Positions 24,255 through 37,369 of a stretch of DNA of 64,000 nt are shown here, in pieces. A model generated the notes under the pieces. The model saw only the letters and a list, made by a program, of their open reading frames with translations. It did no database searches and had not been told where the DNA came from. The DNA lies in assembly GCA_028534125.1 (NCBI GenBank), contig CM052818.1, forward strand, positions 23,810,001 to 23,874,000, written 5' to 3'. The stretch's first letter is position 1. Each line of letters begins with the position of its first letter. Origin of the DNA: Lama glama. Its lineage: Eukaryota. Position numbers and translations under genes: made by a program.

Positions 24255-24462
24255 AGTTGAGGGTTAGCAGATACGAACTGTTCTATATAAAATAGATAAA
24301 CAATAAGGACCTACTGTAAAGTACAGGGACCTCCATTCAATATCTTATAATAATCTATGATGAAAAAGAATGTGAAAAGAAATATACATATGTATAACTG
24401 ACTCACTATGCTGTGCACCAGAAACTGACAACATTGTAAATCAACTAAACTTCAATAAAAAG
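24255..24462 (+). mobile_element. LINE-1 3' tail, heavily 5'-truncated
   Basis: GGGTTAGCAGATAC..AATAGATAAACAATAAGGACCTACTGT..CTTCAATAAAAA, flanked by ACAATTAGG / ACAATGAGG. Confidence 0.88.
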
Positions 24463-26173
24463 AAACAATGAGGTGCTGCCCATTATCCTCATTCATTTCT
24501 GTGACGCCAGAAATTTCCATTTACTTTAGCAATGAAAAAACTAGCCTTCCAGAAAGATGAAAAATCTGGATGTTCTTTTGTATTTTTATTATTGAAGTTA
24601 AATTTGGTGTAAAATCTTTTACTTATTGAAAACAAGGAAACTTGTGTGGCAACATTTTCTGTTCTTAGCACTGAGGAATTTCACTGCTTATCTCCCTAGG
24701 CTCAAATACGTTAGGGTTTCTGTTAGGAAATTGTCAGATAAAACACTAAATTAAATGAGGTAAAGGTTTTTCCCCTCTTTTTGCAGGGGTAATTAAAGAA
24801 ATCAGCTTAAATGAAAAAGAGCAACAGAAAGAAGATAAAAGGTACATGGTGACTTGCTTGACATGATTAATGTGCAGCTGGTTCCAGGCTGCCTCACAAA
24901 AATGTCACACTCCTGGGGAGATTTACCATTTCTTCACCAAGCCAAGTGCTCTTGTTCCTCTTAGTCAGTGAAGGCCATCAAATACCATTTACACAACATA
25001 TATGATCCATTTTAAAGATATATCTGCAGTAGTCACAGGTCTCAATCATGTTGTCAACCCTTGGAGCTTTGTGCCAAGTTAGGAATTGCCAGCCCTGGTT
25101 CATTACTGACCTAGAAGTTAGTTGGCTGAGACAAAATATAACAAATGAGGGAGGGTCAGAGGGAAGGGAGGGCTAAGGCACATCAAACAAGTTTTTAAGC
25201 CCAATCCATTTAATGCGTTAAGAAGAAAGCAAAGCATGTCAAATGCTGAAAGCATTTCCTCTTCCAAAACATAGGCCTGAGGATAAATGCTTGTGACCAG
25301 CAATGATTTTTTTTTGACTTAAGCTATAGTTTTAGATCGATGTGGTCACTTAATTGCTCAGCTGTGCTCGATCGTGTTACATCGGAAATTACAAAGTTAA
25401 ATATCATACAAGGATTTTTTTATCCTCCTCCTCCAGTAAAACAGTATCTTACCAAGTATGTGATCAAAGCATCAATAGTAAACAAATATAACTTTGTGGA
25501 GGGAAGAAAAAAACTCCTTAAGCATCTCCTCATACTCCCCCATAAGCATATTATGTATTAGGAATCAGAAAGAAATTCACACCTCTGAATTTGAATCACA
25601 AGCAGATTGCTACAAGAAATGTGTCACATCCCTGGCTTCAGGAAGAACTTTAAATTCTTGGAGCAAAATATAGCATTTCTGTCAGTTTCAAATACCTCCT
25701 ATCTGCATGTTAATTTCAAGGAGTTCAAAAGGAGGCTTTGCCAGCTCCATGTCGCTAATCCCCACAGTTGGACGGTTGTCATAGCTGGATTTCTCATTTA
25801 CAGTCCAGAGGGGTTAACAGATTTGAGGAAGAGCAGGTCAGGTTTCCAATCAGTTCAGTCACTGAATGTGGGCCACCAGGGGAAATAGAAGTCACAGGGC
25901 CTCAAACACCCTGAAAGTTTCCATCTTTGAGATGAACAGTCTTGTAAAATAAATGTCCTGTATAAGCAAAGATCAGTTTTTAAAAAATCTCATGTGGGAG
26001 GAGAATAGCAATTTTGGCTTTCCCTTCTATCTTCTCACAGATCTCTCAGCCACTCCGATCATCAGTGCCTCCATGATTTTAATCATTGCCTCAAACACTC
26101 TGAAGCATTATTCTTAAAAAATGGACCCCAAACTTTACAGTGTCATTAAAAAGAGTATCACTAGAATAAACGT

Positions 26174-26233
26174 CCTTTTTCTTTTTCTCCTCCTCCTCCT
26201 CGTCCTCCTTTCTCCTTTCCTTCTTCTTCTTCA
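26174..26233. repeat. Pyrimidine-rich (CCT)/(CTT) low-complexity tract
   Basis: Read directly. Confidence 0.8.
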
Positions 26234-26654
26234 ATAAGCACAGACTTCTGTCCTGAAAGCCATTAACTTTAGCCAGAAAATGATTCAGTGGGCATAATTT
26301 ACTAGGCACAGTTTACCTGTTCCCCTTCCTAGAGCCAGTATTCTTTGAGTAATGTTACAAAACTCTTTTTTGCAAGTTTTACTTCCATTGTTTTCCTTTT
26401 CACTGAGCTATCTAGTGGTGGGGACGGAGTAGGAAAAATGACAGCTTTGCAAGGGGAAAGTGTTTAGTAACTGAAATGTAAGCTTCATCCTTCTCGAAGG
26501 TCATGAAAACAAAGCAGACTCGTTTTACAGAAGAGATTACCTTATCCTGAGGAAGAACAGGATACTGGTTAGCAGACAAATGGATGCCAAGAAAGAAGAA
26601 ATTGATGGCAATAGGTAACTACCTTTCCCCTCTCAGGGACTTTTGCTTGAAGTA

Positions 26655-26930
26655 AGAAATAAGCCTCAGACTAAAATAATTTGCTTAATGCAACAGTTAT
26701 TAAGTGGTAGGGTTGGTATTCGAACTTAGGATATCCGAGTGCAAATTCCAAATTCTTTCTAGGATGCCATATTGCTTAAACCACAGAATCAGTCAACCTC
26801 CAAATGAGATTCATTCATTCAGTCAACAAATAGTTATCAAGTGCAATCCAGGAGCGATATACGAGTTGGAGAGGGGAGTAGAAAGAATAAACCCAAGGAT
26901 CAGAGGTCAAGATTTTATAATTTAGTGTAA
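26655..26930 (-). mobile_element. MIR remnant followed by an L2 tail
   Basis: TAAGTGGTAGGGTTGGTATTCGAACTTAGG (MIR B-box side); ATTCATTCATTCAGTCAACAAATAGTTATCAAGTG (L2 tail). Confidence 0.6.
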
Positions 26931-28769
26931 CTCATAATGTAAAAGCAGGAATATTATAATTGATATCCAGTTATCCATATTGATGTTCCACTAATTAGGC
27001 AGGTCAAACTATCAGGTATTCACAGATTGGACCAATGAAACTGAAGAAATTAAATATTACAGACCCCAAACACTGTGAGCAGAGTTAACTCAAATGTTAC
27101 ACACTTTTAAGAGTCTTTACCTTCTCTCCTCCTCTTTTTCTCCCTCTCTGTCTTCCTCTCCTCTCAATGTGGTATTAACCACTGCTACTAGTGTCTCAAG
27201 TGGTGTAGATAGTTTAGCAAACTTGAGAATCACTGCTTAGTGCATTTAGACCAATTTTTTTGAACCGACTTGAAAAAGAAAAAAAGAAACCCAAAAATGA
27301 CCTTGGGAAGAACACTGACAAAACTTTAATGAGGACAATACCTAAGGGTGGAGTTCAATGTCACTAAAAACATACAAATTATATGCAAATCTGTGAGTAT
27401 GCCTCTGGAAAATCCTTGCAGAAGCCACAATTGTAGATATTTCAAAATGCTGACTTCAGGCAGAGATGACACTTTTAGGACCATAGTCTATTACAGACTA
27501 TCCAAGTACTTTTCTGCCAGAGCATAATATTCTATGTGAATATTGAATTAGCCTTATATTGATCAGCCCACTTAAATAATATTTGTTATATAATATAAAC
27601 TGTTATACTAAAGCATAAAACTCAAACTATAGACATACTTTAAAAATCAATTTTTCTCTACTAAATCTAGAATTTTAATGCCAAGTGTGAAAATAAGTAA
27701 TGAGTTATAAAAATAAATTGGCAGACTTCAAAACAAGATAGAGAAATGCATTTTTGAAAAGCTAGTTACAAACTTTCCAGTAAAATCAGTAGTTTCAGAA
27801 CATTAAACCTGGATAAAATGATAAATATTAGATTCCATCCTCAGTTAGTAGATCAATTATTCAGACAAACATTTGCTGTGGAGAATTCAGATAACGAAAT
27901 GTGGTCTGAGCCGTTACCACATAGGGAAAGTTTTTCAGTGTGCTTGAAATACATTCTGAGCTATGGCCACCTAAGTACCACACTGTTCTGGGAAAAGGAA
28001 GAAATTCTTCGACTGTTCAAGGCTAGGAAATCTTCACAGGCCAGACTGATCACAAGCCACACCTTAAAAAAATGAAAAGACAAGAAAAGGATGTCCTGGA
28101 GAAGAGATGACAGGGTGTGAACATTAACGAGATGGCAAAAACACAGAGCAGATAGGGATGGTTTTGACGTTGTGAGATGCAGGAAGAAAGTGCCATGCCT
28201 GACCTGGAGGGGGCGGGATAAGCCAATCAGGTAAGTTTACACTGGTTTCCAGAAGACTGAACCACAACTTCCAGCCCCAAACTATGTCACATCCACAGGA
28301 GTGTCCCAGCTCCACCACCCACCATAACTGGGATTAGTACAAACAAGCATGTTCTGTTAGTCCACCTATGCTCCCCAGTTCCACTGGCCCAGCAGGTAGG
28401 TATGTCCATGTGTGTGCATTGAGAAGGCACACTATTGTGGTGGGAAAAGAAGAGGATAAAATAACAGAGCAGCGTACCTTTATGTGAATGGAGTACACAG
28501 CCATTTTTGCTAGTTTTATTCCCAGGCATAAATATTTCTAATTATGTCTTGGGAATCTTATTTGGGAAAAAAAGAACATCTTAGTGATAACTTCTTGGCC
28601 ATTAGAAACCAACTCTTCTTTATCATAGAGAATTCACCTTCAGTGATTGATCATGGACAAAAGTGCTTTTATCGTCAGAGATGGGCTGACTCTGCAAATT
28701 TGGCCAGAAGTTAGCCATTACATAAAACTCTGAACATGGTGATTTGATGAATTTTTATTACAGATGCAT

Positions 28770-29195
28770 AATAGAGCTGAAAATAGCAATATAAATGTGG
28801 GAGTCTTCAGAGTATACAGAGTATTCAACACCATAGAACGTTATAAAATTACCAAGGTAACAAGTGTATCTAGAGAATATAAGTGTTGAAGGCTAAGCCA
28901 AGGGAAGATCAATATTTAAAAGTCAGCAAGATGATGAAGAGAAAAACAGGGAAAGAGATTGAAATGGAAGGAACAGTTCGGTAAAAAAGAACTCAGACCA
29001 TACAGAAATGAAGATATGAATAACTATGACAAACCACTCTGAAATTTAGAGTAAAACAAGATCTAACAGTTGATCACTGAGTGAACGAAGTGGAGATCCT
29101 TGGCAAGCCCTACAAGAGCAAGTTTAAAGGAGTGCTGAGGCAAAGTCCCGACTGAAGTGGGTTCAAGAGGAGAGAAATCGGAGACAGCAAGGACC
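28770..29195 (-). mobile_element. L2 internal fragment
   Basis: ATAAATGTGGGAGTCTTCAG..CAATATTTAAAAGTCAG..GACTGAAGTGGGTTCAAGAG. Confidence 0.7.
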
Positions 29196-29476
29196 AGGCA
29201 CCTGGGAGCAAAGATGGGGCAGGAAGAATGGAGATTTTAGATTCTGAGAAGACTGTTGAGAACCAGACATCCAGAGAGGCGGGAAGGAAACCATGAATTA
29301 ATCAGGAAGGCCATCACCCTGGGCCCGTTATCTCAAGGTAGGAAAAGCAAATAAAGTGCATTTTTTAAGTTATAAAACCGTGATCGAGGAGCATGACAGA
29401 GTGACTGGACTAGGCAAATACAACGAGCAGCACCAAGGGCCCATGGAGGCCAGTGATCATGAAATTAAAGTTGAGA

Positions 29477-30227
29477 TGTTTTGATTACCGTAGCTTTGTA
29501 GTGTTTTGTCTGAAGTCTGGAAGGGTTATACTTCCAGCTTTGCTCTTTCTCCTCAGGATTGCTTTGGCAGTATGGCGTTTCCTTAAAAACCTAAAAGTAG
29601 AGTCACCCTGTGATCCAGCAATCCCACTCCTGGACATATATCTGGAAAAGATGAAAGCTCTAATTCTAAAAGATACATGCACCTCAATGTTCACAGCAGC
29701 ACTATTTACAATAGCCAAGACATGGAGGCAACCTACCCATAGATGACTGGATAAAAGAAGATGTGATATATATATACAATAGAATATCCCTCTGCCACAA
29801 AAAAAGAATAATGCCGTTTGCAGCGACAAGGATAGACCTGGAGACTATCATACTAAGTGAAGTCAGACAAAGACACATGTTATGTATCACTTACATGTGG
29901 AATGTAATAAATAGTACAAATGAACTTACTTACAAAACAAAACAGACTCCCAGACATAGAAAACAAACTTATGGTTCCCAAAGAGGAAGGATCAATTAGA
30001 GGGAGAAATTGGGAGTGTGGAATTAACAGATGCATACTATCATATATAAAATAGATAAACAACAAGGATTTACTATATAGTATAGGGAACTATATTTAAT
30101 AACTTACATAATGGAAAAGAATCAAAAAGGAATATAGATAAATGTATGTATATGTATAGCCAAATCACTTTGCTGTACACCTAAAAGTAACACAATACTG
30201 TAAATGAATTATACTTCAATAAAAAGA
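29477..30227 (+). mobile_element. LINE-1 with 5' inversion (29477-29568 minus; 29568-30227 plus)
   Basis: Minus piece encodes AKAILRRKSKAGSITLPDFRQ; plus piece encodes VWRFLKNLKVESPCDPAIPLL and the 3'UTR. Degenerate TSD AAAGTTGAG / AAAGGTGAG. Confidence 0.9.
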
Positions 30228-30329
30228 GAAAACAAAAGGTGAGTCAGCATGTTGGCTTTTATTATTCAGCCGTGTTAAGCTGCCCATGAACATGGAGTAG
30301 CAGCAGTAATAATTAGTGAGAGATATATA

Positions 30330-30540
30330 TTAAAGGGTTACAATCAGCCATACTTCACAATAGGTGCTTTAAAGGAGTACTTTATTTAATTTTCACAACA
30401 ATCCTACAAGGTAGTTACAACTTTCAATTTAGAACTTCCACAACTTTATAGATTAGGAGATATCTCACCATGGGTAAGTGGAGAAGCCAGAATCTGAATG
30501 TAGACAGTAGTTAAGAGCCTGGATTCTTAAGAGCTACTGT
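30330..30540 (-). mobile_element. MIR SINE
   Basis: TTTAATTTTCACAACAATCCTACAAGGTAG..GTAAGTGGAGAAGCCAGAATCTGAA. Confidence 0.65.
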
Positions 30541-30637
30541 CCTCCAGTGCCTCAGGCACCGTGTTTCACTCTGGGAACAGCCACCTCACTACCTTTTCCA
30601 AGTCTGGCTGGTAAATAAGCCCACTCCTTCTCACGCC

Positions 30638-30790
30638 CCAGCCTAAATTTTCCCTTGAGCTTCAGACCTGTACATTCAATAGCCCACCTGGACTTCCCAC
30701 TGAGTATCTGACTCAAAATCAACATGACCCAAGTAGCTATTTATTTCTTCTCCCCAAGCCAGTTCCTTTCATATTTCCCCCCATCTCCTC
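30638..30790 (+). mobile_element. L2 fragment
   Basis: CAGCCTAAATTTTCCCTTGAGCTTCAGACCTGTACATTCAA..AAATCAACATGACCCAA. Confidence 0.7.
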
Positions 30791-32389
30791 ATATAATAAA
30801 TTCAATAGATTTTTTTAAATCCCCAAATATTATGGTAAATTTATCTATAATGGTGAAAAAAGTAAACAAAAAAAGTCACTAGAGTAAAAATTATAATGAC
30901 CATGGAGGCATGAAAAATGATTGACAGAATATTAAGTAACCAAAAAACAGCAATATCATACACTTACTGTAATTGAAATTAAGTATGTATGTAAGCATTG
31001 GGGGAAAACTAGGAAGGAATATGTGTAAATTAAAATGTCCATTTCATCAAACTCAACTATTTATGTTTCTTTTTGAAAATTACTCTTTTGGTTAAATTAT
31101 TATTGCAGCTAAGGGCAAAAAGCGAGATATTCAACATAGATACAATATTTGCAACACAAAATATCTTTTACATGTTTTAAGAACAGAAACAAGTCTTAAA
31201 GTGTTGCTAAGCGATACTTCCTCAAAGACTCATGGAAAGACACTAGATCCTTTCAGGTTCTATCACTAACACTTGAATCTACTTTCAAAATATTTAAAGG
31301 TTTCTACTTATCTTCTGACTGCTCAGAAACGTGGTAAATAATCATTGAGGACTGCTCTCTGTGACAACCATAACATCAATACAAGAGCTTAAGTAGAGAG
31401 AAAACCGAACGATTCCTTCTAGTCTTCTGCAAACACCAAAGTTTCATTTTCATTAAAATAGTTCAGAGACTTCTTGCTGATATAATCATTGTTGTCTCTG
31501 TCTACCACTCAGATTTTGTGTCTGCTGAAGAGGAGACAAAGATTTAAAGATGTTTAAAGATGCTAGTTTTGACTGGATCAATATATAAGAGCATATGCTA
31601 TTTAAACCTTAATCGCAAAAAATTTCTCACCCCAAATAAGGAATGGGGCCTCCATGAGATTCACTATATCCCTTGATGAAAATGTATAATTTAGACTGGA
31701 AAGCCATGAGGGCATCTCTGTAATGTGGTGTCTTGCCTCACTGCATTCAGTGGGGCTCACAAGGCTGACGGGGGTGTCTGTGTGTGTGTGGGCACTCAGG
31801 TGCCTACTGGAAGAAGCCTTAGCATTTGACACCCAGAGATACTTTCTTGTATGACATGCTATTAAGAACTCAAGAAGGAAGCCTCTCTGAAGGCCCTTCC
31901 CACTTAAAAGGGTCCTTACTCTACGATCTGTGTCATCTAAACATTTAATACTTAGAAATTAGATTTTAACGAATTTCTCAATAGCATGATAGTGTTAATT
32001 TTATTTATTGTTTATTGTTTTCAAGCCAAATCTGAAGGTTTAGAAGAAAGGAGGGAGGGGTGTAAAATACGTATTCTACATTGAGAGAGACTGCTCTGCC
32101 TAGGGTATTATCTGGGAGATTCTGGGTGAGATGAGGGTAATAAACGCCTTGGAATAGTGGGCTATGGAAAAGGAAGACAAATGGTGTTTTCTGGGTATTA
32201 CAGGGATACATTGAGGTATTACAGTGTACTCCAAGGATGAGGGTCAAGGCATTACTCAGGTTACTGTAAGGATGAAGTCAAGATGGTGGTGAGAATGAAG
32301 GCTGGTCTGGAGGCTCTTGGGAAAATTTAAGCTCTAAGCTCATTCTTGTTAAAATTATTATTTTATTCTTTCTGCTTCAGTTTCTGTTC

Positions 32390-33920
32390 ACCTCCAGTTT
32401 ACTGCTTCTTCTTTCCTTGGCTGTGTCAAGGCTAATAATGAACCTATCGAAAGAAACTTTTGTGTCTGAAATCATGATTTTTATGTATAGTAGACAAGCA
32501 TTTCCTTTTATCTGTGAGAGTTTCCACCTCTCTGCTTAAATCTCCCATTTGCTCATGTACTTGACTACTAAATCCTTCAACAAAGCAATCACCATTATTT
32601 CGAAGCTCCTGTTTACAGTTCCAACATCTAGGTCATCTCTTGAGTCTGGTTCTGTTGAATGCTTTTCACTTGACAGTAGGTTGCTTTTTCCTTCTTTTTT
32701 TAATGTGTTGTGTCATTTCTGGAATGTCAAGGATCTTTTGTGAAACAGGAGGGGCTGAGGTAGATGGTACTTATACCTGGAAAGGGACTTGTGTCTCCTC
32801 CTGTCAGGCCATCAGTGAGTGGGACTGAGTCAGTCTAGTCAAGAATTACCATTGGGCTTACTGTTGCTATGGTTACCAGTGGTGCCCCACAGACCTCAAA
32901 TTGCTCTAGCAGTCGACTGCCACTGCCCTGTGGTTAGGGTTGAGGCTCAACTGTTGGAGAGTCTGCTCCTTGTTCAGCTGTCCCTTCATTAGTGCACCAC
33001 AGAAGAACCTCTCTTCATGCACTTTTTCTCTCCCCAGAGGTCGCCTGCTGTTGCTTGTACCTTGTCCTAGGCTCATGTTGGGAGTATGGGTGTTTTCTGC
33101 TGTTCTAGTCCCAGCCCAGTCTAAGGGAGGACCATATGCCTATGTCTTAGTGGAGAGTCTTTCTCCACCTTCCTGCCCCTCTTACCCATGGCAGACGATT
33201 GGTCTTGGGTGGGGAGTTTCTAGCCCACCCCAAGTAGTATCTGACCTTTACATAGCATCTTTCTTGCCCCCCCCCACCTCCAGTGGTAAAAAGGTTTTCT
33301 TCTAACCTCTCTTAGAGTTTAGTAGGAAAATGTATCTGAGAAGATCTGTGTCCAGCGTGTGAAGCTAGTCATCAATTTTGAGTCCTAGGAAACATAATTC
33401 ACTCTGACTATGATAGCAGCTTTTGCTTCTGAAGAGAAGAGTTTGAAAAAGTAGGCATGTCCTTGTGCCAACTCTCCAGCATCCACCAGTTACCTCCTTC
33501 ATGCCTGTACCACTGGGCAGAGGCTCTCACTGGTCTCCTGTCCTGCCCTCAGTCTTCCCCTTCAGCTCCTGACAAAGGTTTATAGAAAGAGCTTACAAGT
33601 GAGTGTGATCTCCTCTTATATCTATTTTCGCCTGACACCTAGTCCGTGATTGGTCTTTGGGACCTTTTTAAAATTTAATTTTAGACAGAGCCTCTTTTTC
33701 CTATGTTCTGTGCAGTCTGTGCCACAATGTCCACATGTCTCATCTCTTCAGAGGGACTTGCCCACTTTTGAATTCACTTTGAGATTGCTTTGCAGTCTCA
33801 ATTCTCTGATGGTTTCCAAGGAATGACTTGGAAAAAAAGTTTACTGGGCTTTTTTCTCATTGTTAAGATGCGAACAACACCCTTTGTAGCTTTCTGTAGC
33901 TTAGGGAACAGAAATTCCTT
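32390..33920 (-). mobile_element. Ancient LINE-1 5' region (5'UTR/ORF1 start, L1M4/L1ME-like)
   Basis: TTCCAACATCTAGGTCATCTCTTGAGTCTGGTTCTGTTGAATGC and TTGCTATGGTTACC motifs; terminus AGCTTTCTG..CAGAAATTCC. Confidence 0.7.
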
Positions 33921-34663
33921 GCAATCCATTTAAAAAATTTTGAATGTGAATTCCTTTAGTTGAGACATGCTGTAATTTCTCTCCCATCCTCAATTATTTT
34001 CACTTAGATTCATGAATTAACTTTAGGACTTTTCCTTTGGTTCAGGGTAATGGAGACACTTGAATTTGCAAACCCTTTTCTCATTTAATATTTTAGGAAA
34101 CCTAAGTTTTTCATAGCCTCAAAATTACCTAAAAACTTAGAGAATTTAGATAATTATTCAATTCTTTCGAAATGGTGAATATACAATCTTTAACTATTAA
34201 AATTAATCCTTAAGATTTCTAAAGTGGTCTTCTATATTTTAAAAATCCCCCCCATATATAAATTACATGGTATTTATTCAAACATAGGGGAGAAAAGGTT
34301 AGTACTTCTAAAAACAGTACTTAGGAAAAGAGGTCCTAGATTGCCAACTACAAGTGCAAAAGTGAAAGTCATGACTCATTGATTTCTAGCTTGTACTTTC
34401 ATATTTCAGAGTTCTTAAAAAAAAAAAAAAAGACTTGCAATAAAGTGGTACTAAACAGCCAGATAAGGATAAATGTGTCTGTGTACCAACTTATCATTCA
34501 GGTATAACTGACTGATTAGAACTTGAACGTATACAGCTGCTATAAAACTGTGTGCCCAGCACTGGCTGTTTCTTCAAGCTGTTTACTGCATTTTCAAACT
34601 CTTAAAAACAAAGCCTTCTAAGCTCCTGACCTCATTTACTTAGCCCGGGGTGAAAAGGAGAAA

Positions 34664-34720
34664 ACGTGTGTGTGTGTGTGTGTGTGCGCGTGTACATATA
34701 TATGTACACACACATATATA
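34664..34720. repeat. Compound (TG)n/(CG)/(TA)/(CA) alternating purine-pyrimidine microsatellite
   Basis: Read directly. Confidence 0.95.
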
Positions 34721-35327
34721 AAATCTTTACCTTCATAAACTCTTTAGAAAGTGCCTAGCTACCTTGAAACTCAAACTGGCTAATATTCTTTAAAATAATA
34801 AAACTCCCAAAGCAGAGCAACCTCAGTTTTCGGGTCCACGCCCCTGCCCTTGGACAGGCAGACATCCAGATACTCTCACCAAAAATCTGGCTATGCTGTA
34901 TTTCAAACTCTTCAAGGAGGAGATTCTATTGCTTTCTTGGGAATACATTCTAGGGTTTAATTTTTTCCAGGTTTAGGAGTCTACATTTTAGCTTCATAAT
35001 TTGGTGGAAGGTAAGAAAAAGTCAAGTGTATCATTTTGTATAGCACATTATGGTCAAGGGCATTTGGCCTGCACTTAGGACTATTTATAAATAATCACTG
35101 GTATGCAAACACCACAGCAAAACTGACTTGTATTCTTTCCTGTGCCTGACACAAAGTATGCGTATCAGTCGCCTACTGTCACAAGAAAAAATACCCCCAA
35201 ACTCAGACACCAATTAGTTTGGCTCCTCTAGTCTGGCCTTGGCTTGTGGACCTGTTCCAGGCTGTTTAGGTTAATGGGTGGTACATACCTGATGCTTGCT
35301 CTACTAACGATAAATCGTTGTGCAAAA

Positions 35328-35730
35328 GGCAAGTCAGGTATTGCTACAATAATCCTGAATACCAAACTCCTAAAAACTCAGTGGCTTAAAATATAAGCAC
35401 TTTCCCCCATAATCTAGTGTGTGGGGAGCAGCTTGGCAGCTGTGATGTAGGCTATGAACTGGCTGACTTACTTTAAGTTTTTGGGTTAGGTTCAAATCCG
35501 TTTTAGGTGCCTCTGTACTCTCCTTGGGCCAGGACTACCGGGGGCACGTTGTTCTCAAGGCAGATCTAGAAAAAGAGCCACGCTGATGCTTACAGGCACA
35601 TCAAGCCATTCAGATAACTATTACTAAAGCAAACAACACCGTCAAGCCAAAGTCAATGGAGTAAGGAAGTGTGCTCTGCTCCAAAGATGAGGCTAAAGTG
35701 AGAATATTTGCTGTACAACATGCCAGTATG
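35328..35730 (-). mobile_element. MaLR solo LTR (MLT1H-like)
   Basis: AGTCAGGTATTGCTACAATAAT..AAAACTCAGTGGCTTAAAA..AAGCCAAAGTCAATGGAGTAAGGAAGTG. Confidence 0.75.
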
Positions 35731-35769
35731 TTAGTGCAGGCATCCACATGTTGTTGAAGATAATCATCA

Positions 35770-36012
35770 CAACAGATAACATCAACATTTACTGACCACT
35801 TGCTGTGCCAAGCATCGGGCTAAGACATGTGTCATTTGACTTGATTCTCAAAAGACCCCTTTGAAAAAGTACTGTAATTATCCACATTTTACGGATTAAG
35901 AACATTGAAACACAAGGGATGGAAGTCATTTCCCAACGACATGCAGGTTCTAAGCATCCAGGATTGTATCTGCACCCAAGTGGTCCCACTCTAGAGCATG
36001 GCCTGCAAACCA
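35770..36012 (-). mobile_element. MIR SINE
   Basis: AACATTTACTGACCACTTGCTGTGCCAAGCA..CCACATTTTACGGATTAAG..AACCACTG. Confidence 0.75.
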
Positions 36013-36494
36013 CTGTGATAATGACACTGCAATGGGATAGCCATCCCACAACCAGACTGAGCAATCATGCTCTCTGACTGGATGAAATTTCGAGTCTTTA
36101 TTAGCCGATAGGTCTTCTGGGTTGTAGACAAATTTTGTATGCATGGATTAACAGTACTTTTAGTCTTCAGGGAAACTCCTACTCACTTTAACTGGGTCTT
36201 TTGGGTTTCCTGTCCATTTACAGTGGGCTTCTGTCCTTCACTTTGTTTACATGGTTTGCCAACTGGCTGATCTCTAAATATCTATGTGTCAGTTTATACT
36301 CTCCTCGGTCTCCTAGTCAGTGATGATGTCCCATCTCTCTCTCCCCTACACAGTTAGCAGGTGCAGTTCAAACTAGTGTCTCTCAGCCCTCCTGACAGTC
36401 TCAGCATATCCACAGCAACAGAACAGTGGAGCAAGAGACGAGAAAGACCCTGCAGAAGGCAGGAGGTGCAGACCGCAGAACAGCAGACACCCGT

Positions 36495-36640
36495 GGGGTA
36501 ATTCTTCCTACACTAGGAAAGAAAAACGTGAGATGCGGAGAAGTTGGTCAGTTCATCCAAGGTTGCTCACATGACAAGTTGCACAATCAAGTCTCAGATC
36601 AGGGCTTATCTGATTCCTAAAATGAGCTCACCTACTTCTC
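36495..36640 (-). mobile_element. MIR fragment
   Basis: GAGAAGTTGGTCAGTTCATCCAAGGTTGC..TCTGATTCCTAAA. Confidence 0.5.
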
Positions 36641-37369
36641 TGGACTGCAGAATCCAATCTGCGTGTAACAAAACTCACCTCTAACAAAGCTCCTACGCTC
36701 TAGGTTAGAGTCACAGAAGACTTCCTCAAGTCCATCTTCTCTGTACCGAGACGTGTCCTCAACATTCTCCCCTATTAGCCTCCCTAATTCATTGTTTACA
36801 CTTCATGTCAACAAATCTAAATTCTTCCTCCTGACTTTCATGCTCCTCACTAGCTAACTACGTTTGTCCTAATTTCATAACATTAAAGGCAGTGAGTCAC
36901 AAATGCCACCCAACCCTGCATCCTGCAAGGAGTATCCCTTATTCAGCAACACTGACGGATCATAATTTACTCACCTGAGTATGTTCAGGAGTCCACCAAA
37001 AAGTCTGTCTTTCTGATCTACTTTCTCTGCATGATAAGACCCAATTAAATGACACGCAAACACCAGTCCATAGCACAAAGAAAGTGTTATACTTAAGTCT
37101 TACTTTTCTTTTTCCTTTACCTTAATCAGTCACACATATCAAAAAGCTATCTCTTTAAATACAAAGATGGGTCAATAAATTTATAAAGAGATTACTTGAG
37201 GAAGCTATCTATCCATAGAAATAGGAAAATAATCATAAAGAGGGAATCATAATGTGCTAGATATTACGAGTCTAAATGTCAAAGGATATGAGTTCTGCCA
37301 ATAAAAAACTCTGTGAAATGGGAAAGTTACATCCATCATTTTCTTGTATCTCCTGGCAACTCCACTAGA

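Noticed and set aside
24064..24462. Possible RNA-L1 template-switch chimera
   Set aside because: A TSD-like ACAAT(T/G)AGG flanks only the L1 tail, so the upstream sequence pre-dates the insertion.
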